64,000 nt of DNA from Mobula hypostoma. Its lineage: Eukaryota. Position 1 is the first letter of the stretch; every line of letters begins with the position of its first letter. Shown in pieces: positions 12,936 through 24,909 of the stretch. The notes under the pieces are model-generated. The model was not told the DNA's origin. It was given only the letters and a program-made list of their open reading frames with translations, and did not search any database. The position numbers and the translations under genes were made by a program. The stretch spans positions 73,844,001-73,908,000 of the forward strand of contig NC_086097.1 in NCBI RefSeq assembly GCF_963921235.1, in the 5' to 3' direction.

Positions 12936-15329
12936 AATTATTAAGTGTGAATCTTCAGGCTCTTGTCCCTCTTAGCTGATGGTAGTAATGAGACGAGGGC
13001 ATGTCCCAGATGGTGAGGGTCCTTAATAGTGGATGCCACCTTCTTGAGACACTGCCTTTTGAAGATACCCTTGATGGTGGGGAGGATTGTGTCTGTGATG
13101 GACCTGGCTGAGTTTGCAACCCTCTGCAGCTTCTTTCCATCCCGCACATGGGAGCCTCCATACCAGGTGGCAAAGCAACTTATCAGAATGCCTCTCCACA
13201 GTACACCTCTAGAAATCAGTGAGAATTTGGATCTCTTCAAACTCCTAATAAAGTAGAGCCACTGGCATGCCACCTTCATGATTTCATCAATGTGTTCGGT
13301 CAAGGATAGATCCCCTGAGATGCAGACACCAGGAGCTTGAAACCTCTCACTTATTCCACCACTATCCCCTCAGTAAGGACTGGTGTGTGATCTCCTTTCC
13401 GAAGCCCACAATAAATTCTTTGGTCTTGCAGATAATGAGTGCAAGGTTGATTGCACTCAACCAGCCAATCTACCTCACTCCTGTAAGCCTCTTCATCACC
13501 ACCTGAGTTTCCAGCAACAGCAGTGGAGTCATCTGCAAATTCATAGAGGGTGTTCGAGCCGTACTGAGCTACAGTCCTGAGTGTGTGGAGAATAGAGCAG
13601 TGGGCTGAGCATGCATCCTTGAGGAGTACCTGTGGTGATCATCAGAGAGGAGGAGATGTTTTTACCAATCCCCACTGACTGAGGTCTCCCAATATTAAAG
13701 TCAAGGATACAGTTGCAGAGGGAGGAATAGAGGCCCAGGTTTTGAAACTTGGTTATTAATATTGAAGGAATCATGGTGTTGGGCACTGAGCCGTAATCAA
13801 TAAACAGTAGACTGAGGTACGTTTTGCTGTTGTCTGGGTATTCCAGAAGAGTGTGGAAAGCCAGTGAGATTGCAACTGCTGTTTGTGGTATGTGGTTCAG
13901 TCACTTCTCAGTACCCAACTACCTCAGTGCATTTCCAAAAGGGAGACTTTGTTATATCTGTTTTCTCAAGAACAAGTGCACTGGTCCTCTGTTTCATTCC
14001 TTCATGATTCTCTATTTTTGTGAATGGGGACTTGGGGACCTCCTTTCTGGCAATTGCATTGTTTCAAGCATAATTATTTTGTTCCACTTTCCACTATTTA
14101 TTTCTCTAGTGGATTTATTTCCATTTTGATTCTCCCATGGTCTCAGTTTCCTGATATCTGAAACTTTAAGTATTGCTATTGATTTTATTTCTGTTTCTGA
14201 TCCTGGTCTGTGGAATTCCCTTGGACTTAATCCAGAGATTATCTGGTCACAAAAACGGAAGCTTAATGAGTAGCTCCCCAAGGATCCCTGCCAGTGAAAA
14301 AAGATGTATAAGGTATTCCAGAAATGCTTAGATATTAATGACATACATGGGACACTGTCAGCTTTGCTTTGGGAGATAGGGGATTCGCTTTAGACAGAGA
14401 AAAGCAATCTATGACAGTCAACTGTCCTTAGAGGAGAGGAATGCGAAATGTTCAGAGATAAAGCATGTAAGAATTCTTAAACCCAAGCTCTCTGAGGATC
14501 AGTGACCTAGTTAAGGTGCAGCTTTTGTGGAAATGCAACTGTGATAAACTTAGAAAGTTGCTGAATTGATGATACTTCATGTGTTGGCAGTGGTGTGAGA
14601 GCAACTCATGGAGTTGGGGTCACATTACTCTGTGGCTTCCGAATGGTAAATTGCGACAAAGGACACTCTTAGAACTTTTTAGCTAATTCAAGGGGATGCT
14701 TAGGAACTTCACAATTTTCAAAGCTATTAATACCAGAAAAAGTTGACAGGCAATTAATTTTTTGGGGGGTGTCTAATATTAAAAAATATAAGCACCTGCA
14801 CACAATTCATTTGCTTCACCCAAGATTGAAGTGGAAGTGACAACATAATATCACATGACACTGGTCTGAGACAGACAGAGGGAGAGGAAAGGGGTTGGGG
14901 GTGGTGTGGGAAAAGGGATAGAGGGAGAGGAAAGGGGTTGGGGATTAAAACCTCTAAGACCTTTAAGGAAGTTAGAGGCTTGGGTTTGGTTAGGATAAGT
15001 AAAGCATGAAGAGAAATTAGAACAACTGGGCAATCAGTGCAAGGGACCCTTCTTAGTAGTAGTCAGAACGAACATCTCCAATATAGAGAGTATTTTTACT
15101 GGTTCTCTATGATTTATTGGATAAAACCATTTCTTTTCAGCATTAATAGAACAGCTAGTTACAAAATTATCCAGTGAAAATCAATAGTTTAGGGATTGAA
15201 ATGTCAGCACCCACTTTGACAGTTTCAAATGCACCTGAAACCACAACTACCTTTGTGGACATCTTCTGAAGCGTGAACCCACTGAAGCATCTGGCCAAGG
15301 TGGTGTCCCAAGCTATGTCCTTAGAACCT

Positions 15330-16445
15330 CACAGATCAGAAGTCATTACCTCCATGGTCCTACACTTACCTCTGGTGTATCCGAACAATAAAGAAATCTA
15401 TGTTCTAAAGAAATAGATGATTGGATATTGACTGTAGCTTCATCATCAAACTTCTAGATCTGGGACTCAACATCTCCATTCTGCAAATGGATCCTTGATT
15501 TCCTAACTAAATGACCATAGCCAGTAAGGATAGGCCTCCACCATGATTATTCTCAACAGTGGTGCCCCACAAGCGTGTCCTCAACCCCCTACCCTACTCC
15601 CTCTACACTCATGACCGTTTAGTCAGATTCTGCTCTAATTCCATCTACAAGCATGCAGATAAACCATGGCAGTGGGCTGTATCTCAAATAAGGATAAGTC
15701 AGATTACAAGAAGGAGATAAAGAGCCTCGCAACATGGTGTCATGACAACAACCTTTCCCTCAAAGTCAGCAAAACTAAACAGCTGGTTGTTGACTTCAGA
15801 AAGGAGGGTGGTATACGTCTTCCTGTTTACATCAGAGATGCTGAGGTTGAGAGGGTTGAGAGCTTTGTGTTCCCAAGAATGAACATTATCAATAGTCTGT
15901 CCCAGTTCAACAATGTTGATGCCAAGATCAAGGAAGCTCACTAGTGCCTCTACTTCCCGAAGAGGCTAAAGAAATTTGGCATGTCCCCTTTGACTCTCAC
16001 CAATTTTTATCGATGTACAATAAAAGCATCCTATCTGGATGCATCACAGCTTGGTAACGGCAACAGCTCTGCCCATGATTGCAAGAAGCATGCAGATTTG
16101 TGGACACAGCTCAGCACATCATGGAAACCAGCCTCCATGATATGGACTCTGTTGACATGTCTCACTGCCTCAGTAAAGCAGAAAACATAATCAAATACCC
16201 CACCCACATGGACACTGTCTGTTCTTCCCATTCCCATCAGGCAAAAGATACAAAAGCCTGAAAGAACGTAGCAAGGTTAGCTTCTATTCTGCAGTTATAA
16301 GACTAGTATTCCACAGTTATACTAGTTCCCCAGTACAAGATAGACTATTGACCTCACAATTTATCTCGTTATGATCTTGTACCTGATTGTTTATCTGTAC
16401 TGCACTTTCTGTTTTTTACTCTGCCATGGTGCATATGGAAATAAT
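15330..16445 (+). mobile_element. Rex1/Babar-type LINE fragment (RT to 3' end)
   Basis: ORF 15666-15944 'WCHDNNLSLKVSKTKQLVVDFRK', 'LTNFYRCTI', 'GAPQ'-like motif at about 15560. Confidence 0.85.
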
Positions 16446-18563
16446 AAAGAAATTTACCAATTTACAAAGGTTGTTGTAATATAGGTGAGGCAGGTAATCA
16501 GACACATCCTCTTGCCATCTCCCCAAGTCAAGAATATTTCACCTTGGGAAATGAAATCCAGCATCTTACATTTGCTTTTTGCCAGAGACAGCACCTCCTG
16601 TTTCTCCTCTTCTGGCAAATATCCAAATAAAGAGTTTTCTAATTTCATGATAAGTACTGAATATCTCACTAAAATAAACATTGTCACACCTGTCATGATT
16701 AGTGGAATGGAAATCATAACATCCATTTATGTATTTCTGTACCATGTCTCTGAATATTTCTCATCTTTACAGCAGGTTTAAGTGCTTGCATGAGTCAAAT
16801 GGTAAGACTGGAGAGAAAGCAAGGCACAGGAATGTAGGCCTCTTGGGTATCTATCTGACATTTTGCAATACGGTCTCACTTTTCATTGGTGCGATGGGTG
16901 TACAATGAGAAGCAGAAGGCTGATTAAAAGAAGAAGCAACCTCAAACACCTACTCAACCACAGCTATTGTAATAATTGCATATATGGGAAAGATTGTTCT
17001 GGAAATGATACAAAATTAGTAATTCTAAATTTGATTGATCATTATTCCAGTAACAATTCAATTGTTTATTCCTCCAGCCCACACCAATGACCCCTTCTCC
17101 TGTCTTCAACTCTCCTCCTCTTCCTGGACACCCTGCTCTGGTCTTCTGTCTGCTCTGGACCTTTTCATTGCTAACTAGACATCAACTGTCTTGACTTCAC
17201 CACTCCCCTCTCCAATTCCAACCTCACTCCTTCCGAACATACTGCTTTCCAGTCTCTCCGGAGTAACCGTAATCTCATCATCAAACTTCATTATGGATGT
17301 CCAATCCCTATATACCTCCATCCCCCACCAGAAAGGCCTCAAAGTTCTCCATTTCTTTCTGGACACCAGACCCAACCAGTTCCCTCAACCACCACCCTCT
17401 TCTGCCTGACGGAACTGCACTCCACTCTCAATAATTTCTCCTTTGGCACCTCCCACTTCCTTCAAACACAAAGGTGCAGCCATGGGCATTCGTATGGGTC
17501 CCAGCTATGCCTGCCTGTTTGCTGGCTATGTGGAACAGTCTATGTTCCAAGCCTACACTGATAACACGCCCCAACTTTTCCTACGCTACCTCAATGACTG
17601 CATTGGTGCTGCTTCCTGCACCCATGCAGAGCTTATGGGCTTCATCAACTTTTCCTCCAATTTCCACCCTGCTCTCAACTGTCCCTGGTCCATTTCCAAT
17701 ACCTTTCTCAATCTCTCTATCTCTATGTCTGGAGAAAGCTCATTTATTGATGCCTTTTATAAACCCACTGACTCTCACAGCTATCTGGACTATACCACTT
17801 CCACCCTGTCTCTTGGAAAAGTGTCATCCCCTTCTATCAGCTCCTCCACCTCCATTGCATCTGCTCTCAGGATGAGGCTTTTCATTCCAGAACTAAGGAG
17901 ATGTCCTCCTTCTTCAAAGAAAGGGGCTTTCCTTCCTCTACCATCAATACATCTCTTCCATTTCACGCACATCTGCCCTCACCCCATTCTCCTGCCACCC
18001 CTACAGGGATAGGGTTCTTCTTGTCCTCACCTACCACCCCATTGGCCTCTGTGTCCAGCACATAATTCTCCATAACTTCCGTCATCTCCAACAGGATCCC
18101 ACCACCAAGCACATCTATTCCTCCACCCCCACTTTCTGCTTTCCATGGGGATCACTCCCTATGAGATTCACTTGTCCATTCATCCCTCCCCACTGACCTC
18201 GCTTCTGGCACTTAACCTTGCAAGCGGAACAAGTGCTACACCTGCCCTTACACCTCCTCTCTCACCAGTCAGGGTCCCAAACAGCCAACACTTCACCTGT
18301 GAGTCTGTTGGGGCCATCTATTGTATCTGGGGCACCCGGTGTGGCCTCCTGTATATCGGTGAGGCCGACATAGATTGGGAAACTGCTTCACCGAGCATCT
18401 ATGCTCCGTCCACCAGAAAAAGTAAGATCTCCCAGTGGCCATCCATTTTAATTCCACTTCCCATTCTCATTCTGACACGTCAGTCCATGGCCTCCTCTAC
18501 TGTCGCAATGAGTTCACAGGAGGAACAACACCTTATACTCTTATATTCTTATAACCTTATATT

Positions 18564-18716
18564 ACTCATTCTTCCTTCAATTAGTCCTGACGAAGGGTCT
18601 CAGCCTGAAATGTCGACTGCCCCTCTTCCTAGAGATGCTGCCTGGCCTGCTGCGTTCACTAGCAACTTTTATGTGTGTTGCTTGAATTTCCAGCATCTGC
18701 AGAATTCCTGTTGTTT
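18564..18716 (+). mobile_element. Short 3'-end insertion of a younger PLE subfamily nested in the older PLE endonuclease region
   Basis: Nearly identical to 52497-52650. Target accttatattc is repeated at 18717-18727, with stuttered partial copies at 18530-18563. Confidence 0.85.
18583..18618 (+). ncRNA. Minimal type I hammerhead ribozyme motif (PLE-associated)
   Basis: AGTC-CTGACGA-AGGGTCTCAGCCT-GAAA-TGTC-GACT; stem I AGUC/GACU; C15.2 changed to U. Confidence 0.65.
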
Positions 18717-19060
18717 ACCTTATATTCTGTTGGGTAGCCTCCAACCCTACGGCATGAATATCAATTTCTCAAATTTCCAATAATGGCTCAACACCCCTCC
18801 TTCACCATTCTCTATTCCCATTTCTCTCTCTCTCCTTATTTCCTTACTTGCCCATCATCTCCCTCTGGTGTTCCTTCCGCTTCCCTTTTTTTCCATGGCC
18901 TCCTGTCTTCTCCTATCCGATTCCCCCTTCTCCAGCCCTTTTATCTTTTTCACCAGTCAACTTCCCAGCTCTTTACTCCCCCCCCCCCCCGGTTTCATTT
19001 ATCACCTTGTATTTCTTCCTCCCCTCCCCCACCTTCTTACTGTGACTTTTCTTTTCTCCC

Positions 19061-19098
19061 CAGTCCTGATGAAGGGTCTTAGCCCGAAGCGTCGACTG
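19061..19098 (+). ncRNA. Hammerhead ribozyme motif with a core mutation (GAAG)
   Basis: CAGTC-CTGATGA-AGGGTCTTAGCCC-GAAG-CGTC-GACTG; 5-bp stem I; A15.1 changed to G. Confidence 0.55.
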
Positions 19099-19620
19099 TT
19101 TATCCTTTTCCACAAACACTGCCTGGCCTGCTGAGTTCCTCCAGCATTTTGTGTGTGTTTCTTCCTCTGACATTTAATAAAAACAAAGGCTAACCTGATT
19201 GTCACCTCAATTCCACATTCCTGTCTACCTGTTTTAAACTCTCACTCCCTCTCTTATCAAATTGGGCACCTACCTCTGCCTAAAAATTATTCAATGGCTC
19301 TTCTTCCATTCGAAGAAATTACCGAGAGAATGAAGTGTCTCATTGCCCTTACTTTGAGCAATCCCTTACTTTTAAACAAAATCTTATTTCTATATTCATC
19401 CACAGGGGGAAACATCCCCTCCTCATTAAACCTGTCAAGAGTTCTCAGGATCTTTTATGCTTCAATGAAGATCCTTTTTACAATTCTGAAGTACACAAGA
19501 TACAAACCTAGCCATACTTCTTACAACATAGAAAAAGGCCATTTGGCATATCTGATGTTGTTTGCTCACACAGCAATCACATTCACCACTGTCGTTGTAA
19601 CCTAGTCTCTTCACCTTGTG

Positions 19621-19821
19621 CAACACACATAAAATGCCGGAGGAACTCAGCAAGTCAAGCAGAATCAATGGAGGGAAGTAAACAGTAGGTATTTCAGGCT
19701 GAGATAATGCATCAGGACTCATTCACCTCTTATCTCCCTCTGTAGAAGCTGCCTGATTTGCTGCGTTTCTCCAGCATCTTGTGTGTTGCTCAAGATTTCC
19801 AGCATTTGCAGAATGTCTTGT
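19621..19821. mobile_element. PLE-derived mini-palindrome (inverted arm plus tailed direct arm), old
   Basis: caacacacataaaatgccggaggaactcagc..catcaggactc followed by ..gctgcgtttctccagcatcttgtgtgttgc and the tail. Imperfect TSD gtctcttcacctt/gtctctccatctt. Confidence 0.75.
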
Positions 19822-20438
19822 GTCTCTCCATCTTTACATAATTTCCACCATCTTTGTACAGTAAGAGTCACTTATAGCGGTCCACAAGTCCTTGTCACAT
19901 GACAGGAAACCAGAGCACAAAGAGCAAATGGATGTGGTCACAAGGAGAATGTGCAAACTTCACATAGAGATCACATCTGACCCAGGTTACTTGAATAATA
20001 AGGCTGTAGTGCCACCAGCAATTCTCCTTGTGACCACATTGTGCTATCTAGACCATTTTCTGTAACAACCTTCTTTAAACTGCTCCCAATGCACTAACAT
20101 CTCTTCTTAATTAAGGAGACAGATACTGTGCCGGTGAATTCTCACCAATGGCATCTAGAACTGAAATATTACCTCCTTATTTTGTATTCCTTTTCCCTGG
20201 AATGAAAACATTCTGGTAGCTTTCCTAATACTTGCTGTATTTGACAAATTATGCAAGTCACCCAGATTCCTCTGCATCTCAGAGCTTTGCCATCTCTCAC
20301 CATTAATATAGGATACTTCTTGTATGCTTCTCTTGTGAATATGGCATACCACCTTGTTACAATCTGCCAACTGGAACAAAACCCATTAAAAATTGTTTCC
20401 ATTCTAAGCTTTTATCCATACCTATATATTGTTTCCTA

Positions 20439-20586
20439 CAACACACACAAAATGCTGGTGGAACGCAGCAGGCCAGACAGCATCGACTGTGCTTCTTCCT
20501 ATGGATGCTGTCTGGCCTGCTGCATTCCACCAGCATTTTGTGTGTGTTGCTTGGATTTCCAGCATCTGTAGATTTCCTCGTGTTGC
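20439..20586. mobile_element. PLE-derived mini-palindrome (46-bp arms, 19-nt loop, 3' tail)
   Basis: Arm 20439-20484 is the reverse complement of 20504-20549 with one mismatch. TSD ttcctaca at 20433-20440 and 20587-20594. Confidence 0.9.
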
Positions 20587-21692
20587 TTCCTACATTTTTT
20601 TTCCATTTTCTAAAATAATCTTTGATGCATCACTGTATCAATATCTTCTGGCAGTCTTAGTATTACACCCATTAGTTCCATTCTCAACACCAGATCCTAG
20701 AAAACCAAAAAGGTGACTTTCCTTTCACCAAGTATGTTGACTTTGCCTGATTACCTTGAATTTTTCTAAGTGCGCTGCAGTTAAACTTTCAATAGTAGCT
20801 CCAAACTGTTTCAAAATGATAGATGTTTGAGGCAACTGGCCTTAATTTCCTGCTCTTAACTCCTAACCTTTATGAATAAAATCATTACACTTGCTATTTC
20901 CTAATCTAATGGACCCTTTCCCGAAAATGCAGGGGTTTGAAAATTAAAATGAAAGCATCAACTCAGTAACCTGTATAATTTCAAAGCTGAATGAGATAAT
21001 AAAATGCTGAGCTCTATCAGGCTTTTAAGGTGAATTGGCGAACATATCTCCCCATCTATCTGCGAGTGATGGAGCTACTGTTTGCTGTGACTGATGTAGG
21101 GGCAATATAATTGGATTATAAATAAACTATTACACCAGTTCTTAAATACTCATGAAAGAAACAACAATAATATACTAACTAAGACTCAAAATAAATATCA
21201 AGTTTTGGAAAGGAAACAAAAAATAACAAATTGAGGTTTCAGATTAGCAAATTAAGAAATTAATGAGATAGATTAACTAACTAGATATAAAAATGAAAAT
21301 GAAAAATGGGTAAGTGCTAAAGTGTATTTGAATTAAACTCATGGAAAAAGGAAATCAAAGGCAATGTGACTTTAGAGGAGGATGTCTATTAGATCAAGGA
21401 GGTGGAAGTTATAACTATTCATAACCAAGTTAATGAATTTTCATTGTAGTTTTGTTTTAGATATCTATTGGTTATCCCCAGCTGGTATGGGGAATAGAAG
21501 TGTCCTGTGCATGACGCAGGTTCACAGTGTCAATCACAATGCCCCTTCTGCAGAATTATGCTATTGCAACCCCAAAGGGAAATGCATTGAATGTACAAAG
21601 GAACACTAAAGAACTTTTTGACAAGGGTAATGGCATTGATCTGTAGGGCTGAAGACTTCATATTTGGCATCTGAATATAACCTCCTCCCAAT

Positions 21693-24600
21693 CACTGGTG
21701 GCGCCAGAGGTTTTTTCTTGCTGGTGCTACAGTGGGGCTGAATTATTCAGTGATGACGCTGAGGGATGTACTGTATGGTAATATGTATTCGCAAGGCCAG
21801 ACGCATGGCGTTCAAAAGTCAGTTTCAAGTATTATATACCTATTATAAATGCCTCTGTTGATTCACAAGCAACAGCAACTGAAAGATCTAATACAGTATG
21901 GAGGTGAACTGTGACAGTGTCAACAGCATCGGAGACAAGCCGGGCTCCACAGAGCATAAACAAACCAACAGAGCATCCGACCCACAGCGCACAACGTGAA
22001 TCGCACCAATCCCGCAATCAGCGTCAAATGCGTGCTTTTCAACTGAAAAACACAACACTAACCCACAATGTCCACTGCTATTCACATTACATAGACAGAC
22101 AATGCCAAAAGATACACTGTTATTAAAGTCAAATAAGGCAAACAACAGATGCAAGGCTCTACCAGGAGTTGGACAAATCTGACCATGCAATACCTCAATT
22201 AATTCGGCTACTGAATTTAAAACAAAAATAAACAGAATCACCGCTTGGAAGTCTAAGCAAAACCAATAGGCTTAATAGCAGTAAATGTAATACTTTAGGA
22301 TTTGCAGGAAACATAAGGACTATGGGATATCCGCCACAAAATAATAATTATAATCAGCATTAGTCTTGGCCCAAATTTATTAAAAATCAACTGCACTCAC
22401 CATTGATATTTTCAGAGAAGCATAATCTGTCTGTTGTCGTGATTGGTGGCAAAAACATCAATGATTTTCTGGATGTCAAGTGCTTTGGTCCCCCGGCTGT
22501 TTATGGCCAACAGGGCCAAGTTGCTGTTCTGAGCATCGCCGCTGCTATTCCTTAAGTAGTTTTTGAGGCGTCTGAGGCAAGAGAAACTCCGTTTGCATGA
22601 GGCAGATGTCACAGGTAGAGTCAGTGATATGCAGATTAGTTTGTATAAATCTATAAATGCATCACGGTAGGGTCTCATTAGAGCTAGAAATTCCACTGTG
22701 TCATTCACTGTCTGTCCTTGCTTTTGTTTTGAGACTCCAGTCAGAACACCCCCAGTCTCAATTGAGAATCATCTTTTCATTTCAGTCAGAAGTCTGTCTA
22801 TAACCGGATAGAAACAGTGCTTGCGAAGGTCATCAGAGGATGTCGCAGGTCTGTGTTCAGTTTGGGCCTCAACAACAAAATCATGTAGGTGGTGGGGTGG
22901 CTGGGCCTGTTTCCTTTCATGTGGTCTGCTCTGTATACCGGCCTTGACACACAGGTCCCTAGCTCTTGCCTGCATTTCACTCCATGATTCCTCTCCGCGT
23001 TTTGCTGAGAGTGCATCGATAACAGACTGAGCCAAGTCCACAGGGGACGAAAGCTCCAAACTGGGAGATTGTAGCTGGTCTGACATGAACTTGGTGACTT
23101 GGAATAAATCCTCAGACAGAGTGAGAAGTAAAGCAAACTGCTCGTCAATCAGTCCATTTACAGCTCTGGCCTCCGTTTTCCTCCATGCATTTGGTTGACC
23201 CATAATATCCTGTAGTGTAGCTAGAATGGTAGGGAGTGATTTCCTTATAGCCCACAAATCCATGCCCAGCGTGTATCTGACAATTTCTTCAACTCCACAG
23301 GCTGTGCAGTTGATTCCAGTTCTCTCTGTTTTTTCATGAAAAGATTGTGGGCAACAGAGTTTGAAAAGAAGTTGTAAAGCAGCTGCACAGTTTCAAAAAA
23401 CTCACCCGCCCGCTTGTTGTACATTGCTCACAACATCCACTAAAACAAGGTTAAGTCTGTGAGCATGGCAGTGTATATATAATGCCTGCGGGGCATCTTT
23501 CCTGAACCTCTCTTATACCCCGTTATTGCACCCGGACATCACTGCCACCCCGTCATAACACTGACCTATACACGCATTCTTATCAATAACACACTGGGCG
23601 AGTGTTTGTTCAATGCTTTTAAGAAGCGACTCTGCGTCCAACTCTTCTGCTGGAGTGAAGTGCAAGAATTCTTCAAGCACTGTTTCGTTATTCAAATATC
23701 ACACCACCACTGATATTTGCTCCTTTTTACTCAAGTCTTCACTTTTATCCACCATCATGGCAAAATGTCCAGCCTCCTTGATTTCTGCACTTATGTGACG
23801 CCTGATATCTGCCATAATATCCATAATTTCATTTTGGATATTGTGATGGGTGTTTTTGCATTTCCAGGATTGTCCTCTTTTTTTTAGCTACAGTCTTATC
23901 AAACTTCCCAATTACACTGACCAACTCAACAAAGTTTCCCCTATTGCCAGATCCAACATTCTCCTGGTGTCCTCGCTGGGCAATGTCTTGGCAAGCAGTG
24001 TAGCGTAGAGACTCAACTACTGCTATCATATACTCACAATTTTCTTGGACAATCTTTGTATGTTCTTTATCAAGCATATTTCCCAATCTTGAACTGTCTT
24101 GTTTTCTCAATCTGAATTCGGCCCATGCCTCCATAGCAAACTTATGAGCTGTACTTACATGGTGGGTTTGAAAGCTGTTGTAGCTTTCTGCCAGTTGCAG
24201 TAACCGGTGACAGTGAAGGTAGACTCAGAATGGAATCCATTCTAAATATATTTATTTTTATTGAAGGAATTGAAGAAAAAAAAGAATGGAATCCATGTTC
24301 TCCACACAGGAAATGCCTGTATGCGAAGCAGAACGTAGCATCTTTCGTGATCAAATATTCCAGCCAGGAGTACAAGTCAAACCAGCCATGAATACTCCTT
24401 TGTTGATTGTCAAACTGTTGTGAAGGGTACTTTTTCAATGCTGGCCGACGGGGTCCTTCCTCAGGCTGCTGGATAACATCGCTAACAATATTCCCACTAG
24501 CACTAAGAGCAGCTTCATCCACATTTTCTTCCGAATCCCGCTCCATTTCTTGTTCCTCTACTTCACCCTCACACTCCTTGGATGAACTGCTGTCGTCCTT

Positions 24601-24900
24601 ATCCCCACTTACTTCTTTCTGCATGTCACTTTCAATTAAGACATGCTCAGGCTGAGATACCACTGATTCCTCTGGATGAGGTCGTTTTCTGACTAAAAAT
24701 CGATCCATTTTTCACGCCGGCCAAAATAATGCACGTGCCAGGCCCAAGCTAGCTTGTAAAAGCACAATATGTGTGCGTGTGGCATCCGTTAGTCTCACAA
24801 GACCATGGATCTGCGCCTGGATCCTGCACAATGTATGTATACTATCAATCTTTCGCATGAGTGAGAGTGAGTGACATCACCACCTTAAGTGATCTTAGAT
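21693..24900 (-). mobile_element. hAT DNA transposon (Tip100/Zaphod-like), decayed; only one end identified
   Basis: Transposase fragments at 22412-24708 and a TIR-like end cactggtggcgccag at 21693. No matching second TIR was seen. Confidence 0.8.
22412..24708 (-). pseudogene. hAT transposase pseudogene (TTF-type zinc finger, DUF4371-like region, hAT C-terminal dimerisation domain)
   Basis: 'WFDLYSWLEY..KDATFCFAYRHF', 'AQRGHQE..GNRGNFVEL', 'CIGQCYDGVAVMSG..NGV', 'LTLPVTSASCKRSFSCLRRLKNYLRNS'; several frameshifts and stops. Confidence 0.92.
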
Positions 24901-24909
24901 CAGCTTAAC

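Larger units (their letters stand above)
10660..13880 (-). mobile_element. Rex1/Babar-type LINE (3' tail 10660-10795, RT 12936-13880), interrupted by a CR1
   Basis: ORFs 13541-13786 'PSILITKFQNLGL..LCNCILDF..GRPQSV..TGTPQGCMLSPLLYS' and 12941-13303 'DPHHLGHALVSLLPS'; tail atcagaattagatttattatcac at 10660. Confidence 0.8.
17090..19160 (+). mobile_element. Penelope-like element, 5'-truncated and decayed (RT, GIY-YIG endonuclease, 3' UTR with hammerhead motif)
   Basis: 'MDVQSLYTSIPH', 'GAAMGIRMGPSYACLF', 'FLRYLND' (YIDD-like), 'YKPTDSHSYLDY', GIY-YIG 'HFTCESVGAIYCIWGTRCGLLYIGE', C-terminus 'LGSLQPYGMN'. Confidence 0.92.
19180..20990 (-). mobile_element. Old CR1 fragments interleaved with a degenerate V-SINE (about 19530-20020) and two PLE mini-palindromes
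   Basis: ORF 20155-20379 'SSEMQRNLGDL..KATRMFSF' is CR1-like; V-domain-like 'ggaaaccagagcac..gtggtcacaaggagaatgtgcaaactt' at about 19905-19960. Confidence 0.6.

Noticed and set aside
14012..14344. 110-aa minus-strand ORF
   Set aside because: No recognisable homology and no convincing exon structure
16454..16781. Overlapping ORFs on both strands with several splice-like motifs
   Set aside because: No recognisable protein; splice signals are ambiguous
22412..24708. Host ZMYM1/THAP12-like domesticated gene
   Set aside because: Multiple frameshifts, stops and an insertion, no MYM or THAP domain, and a TIR-like end nearby, so a dead transposon
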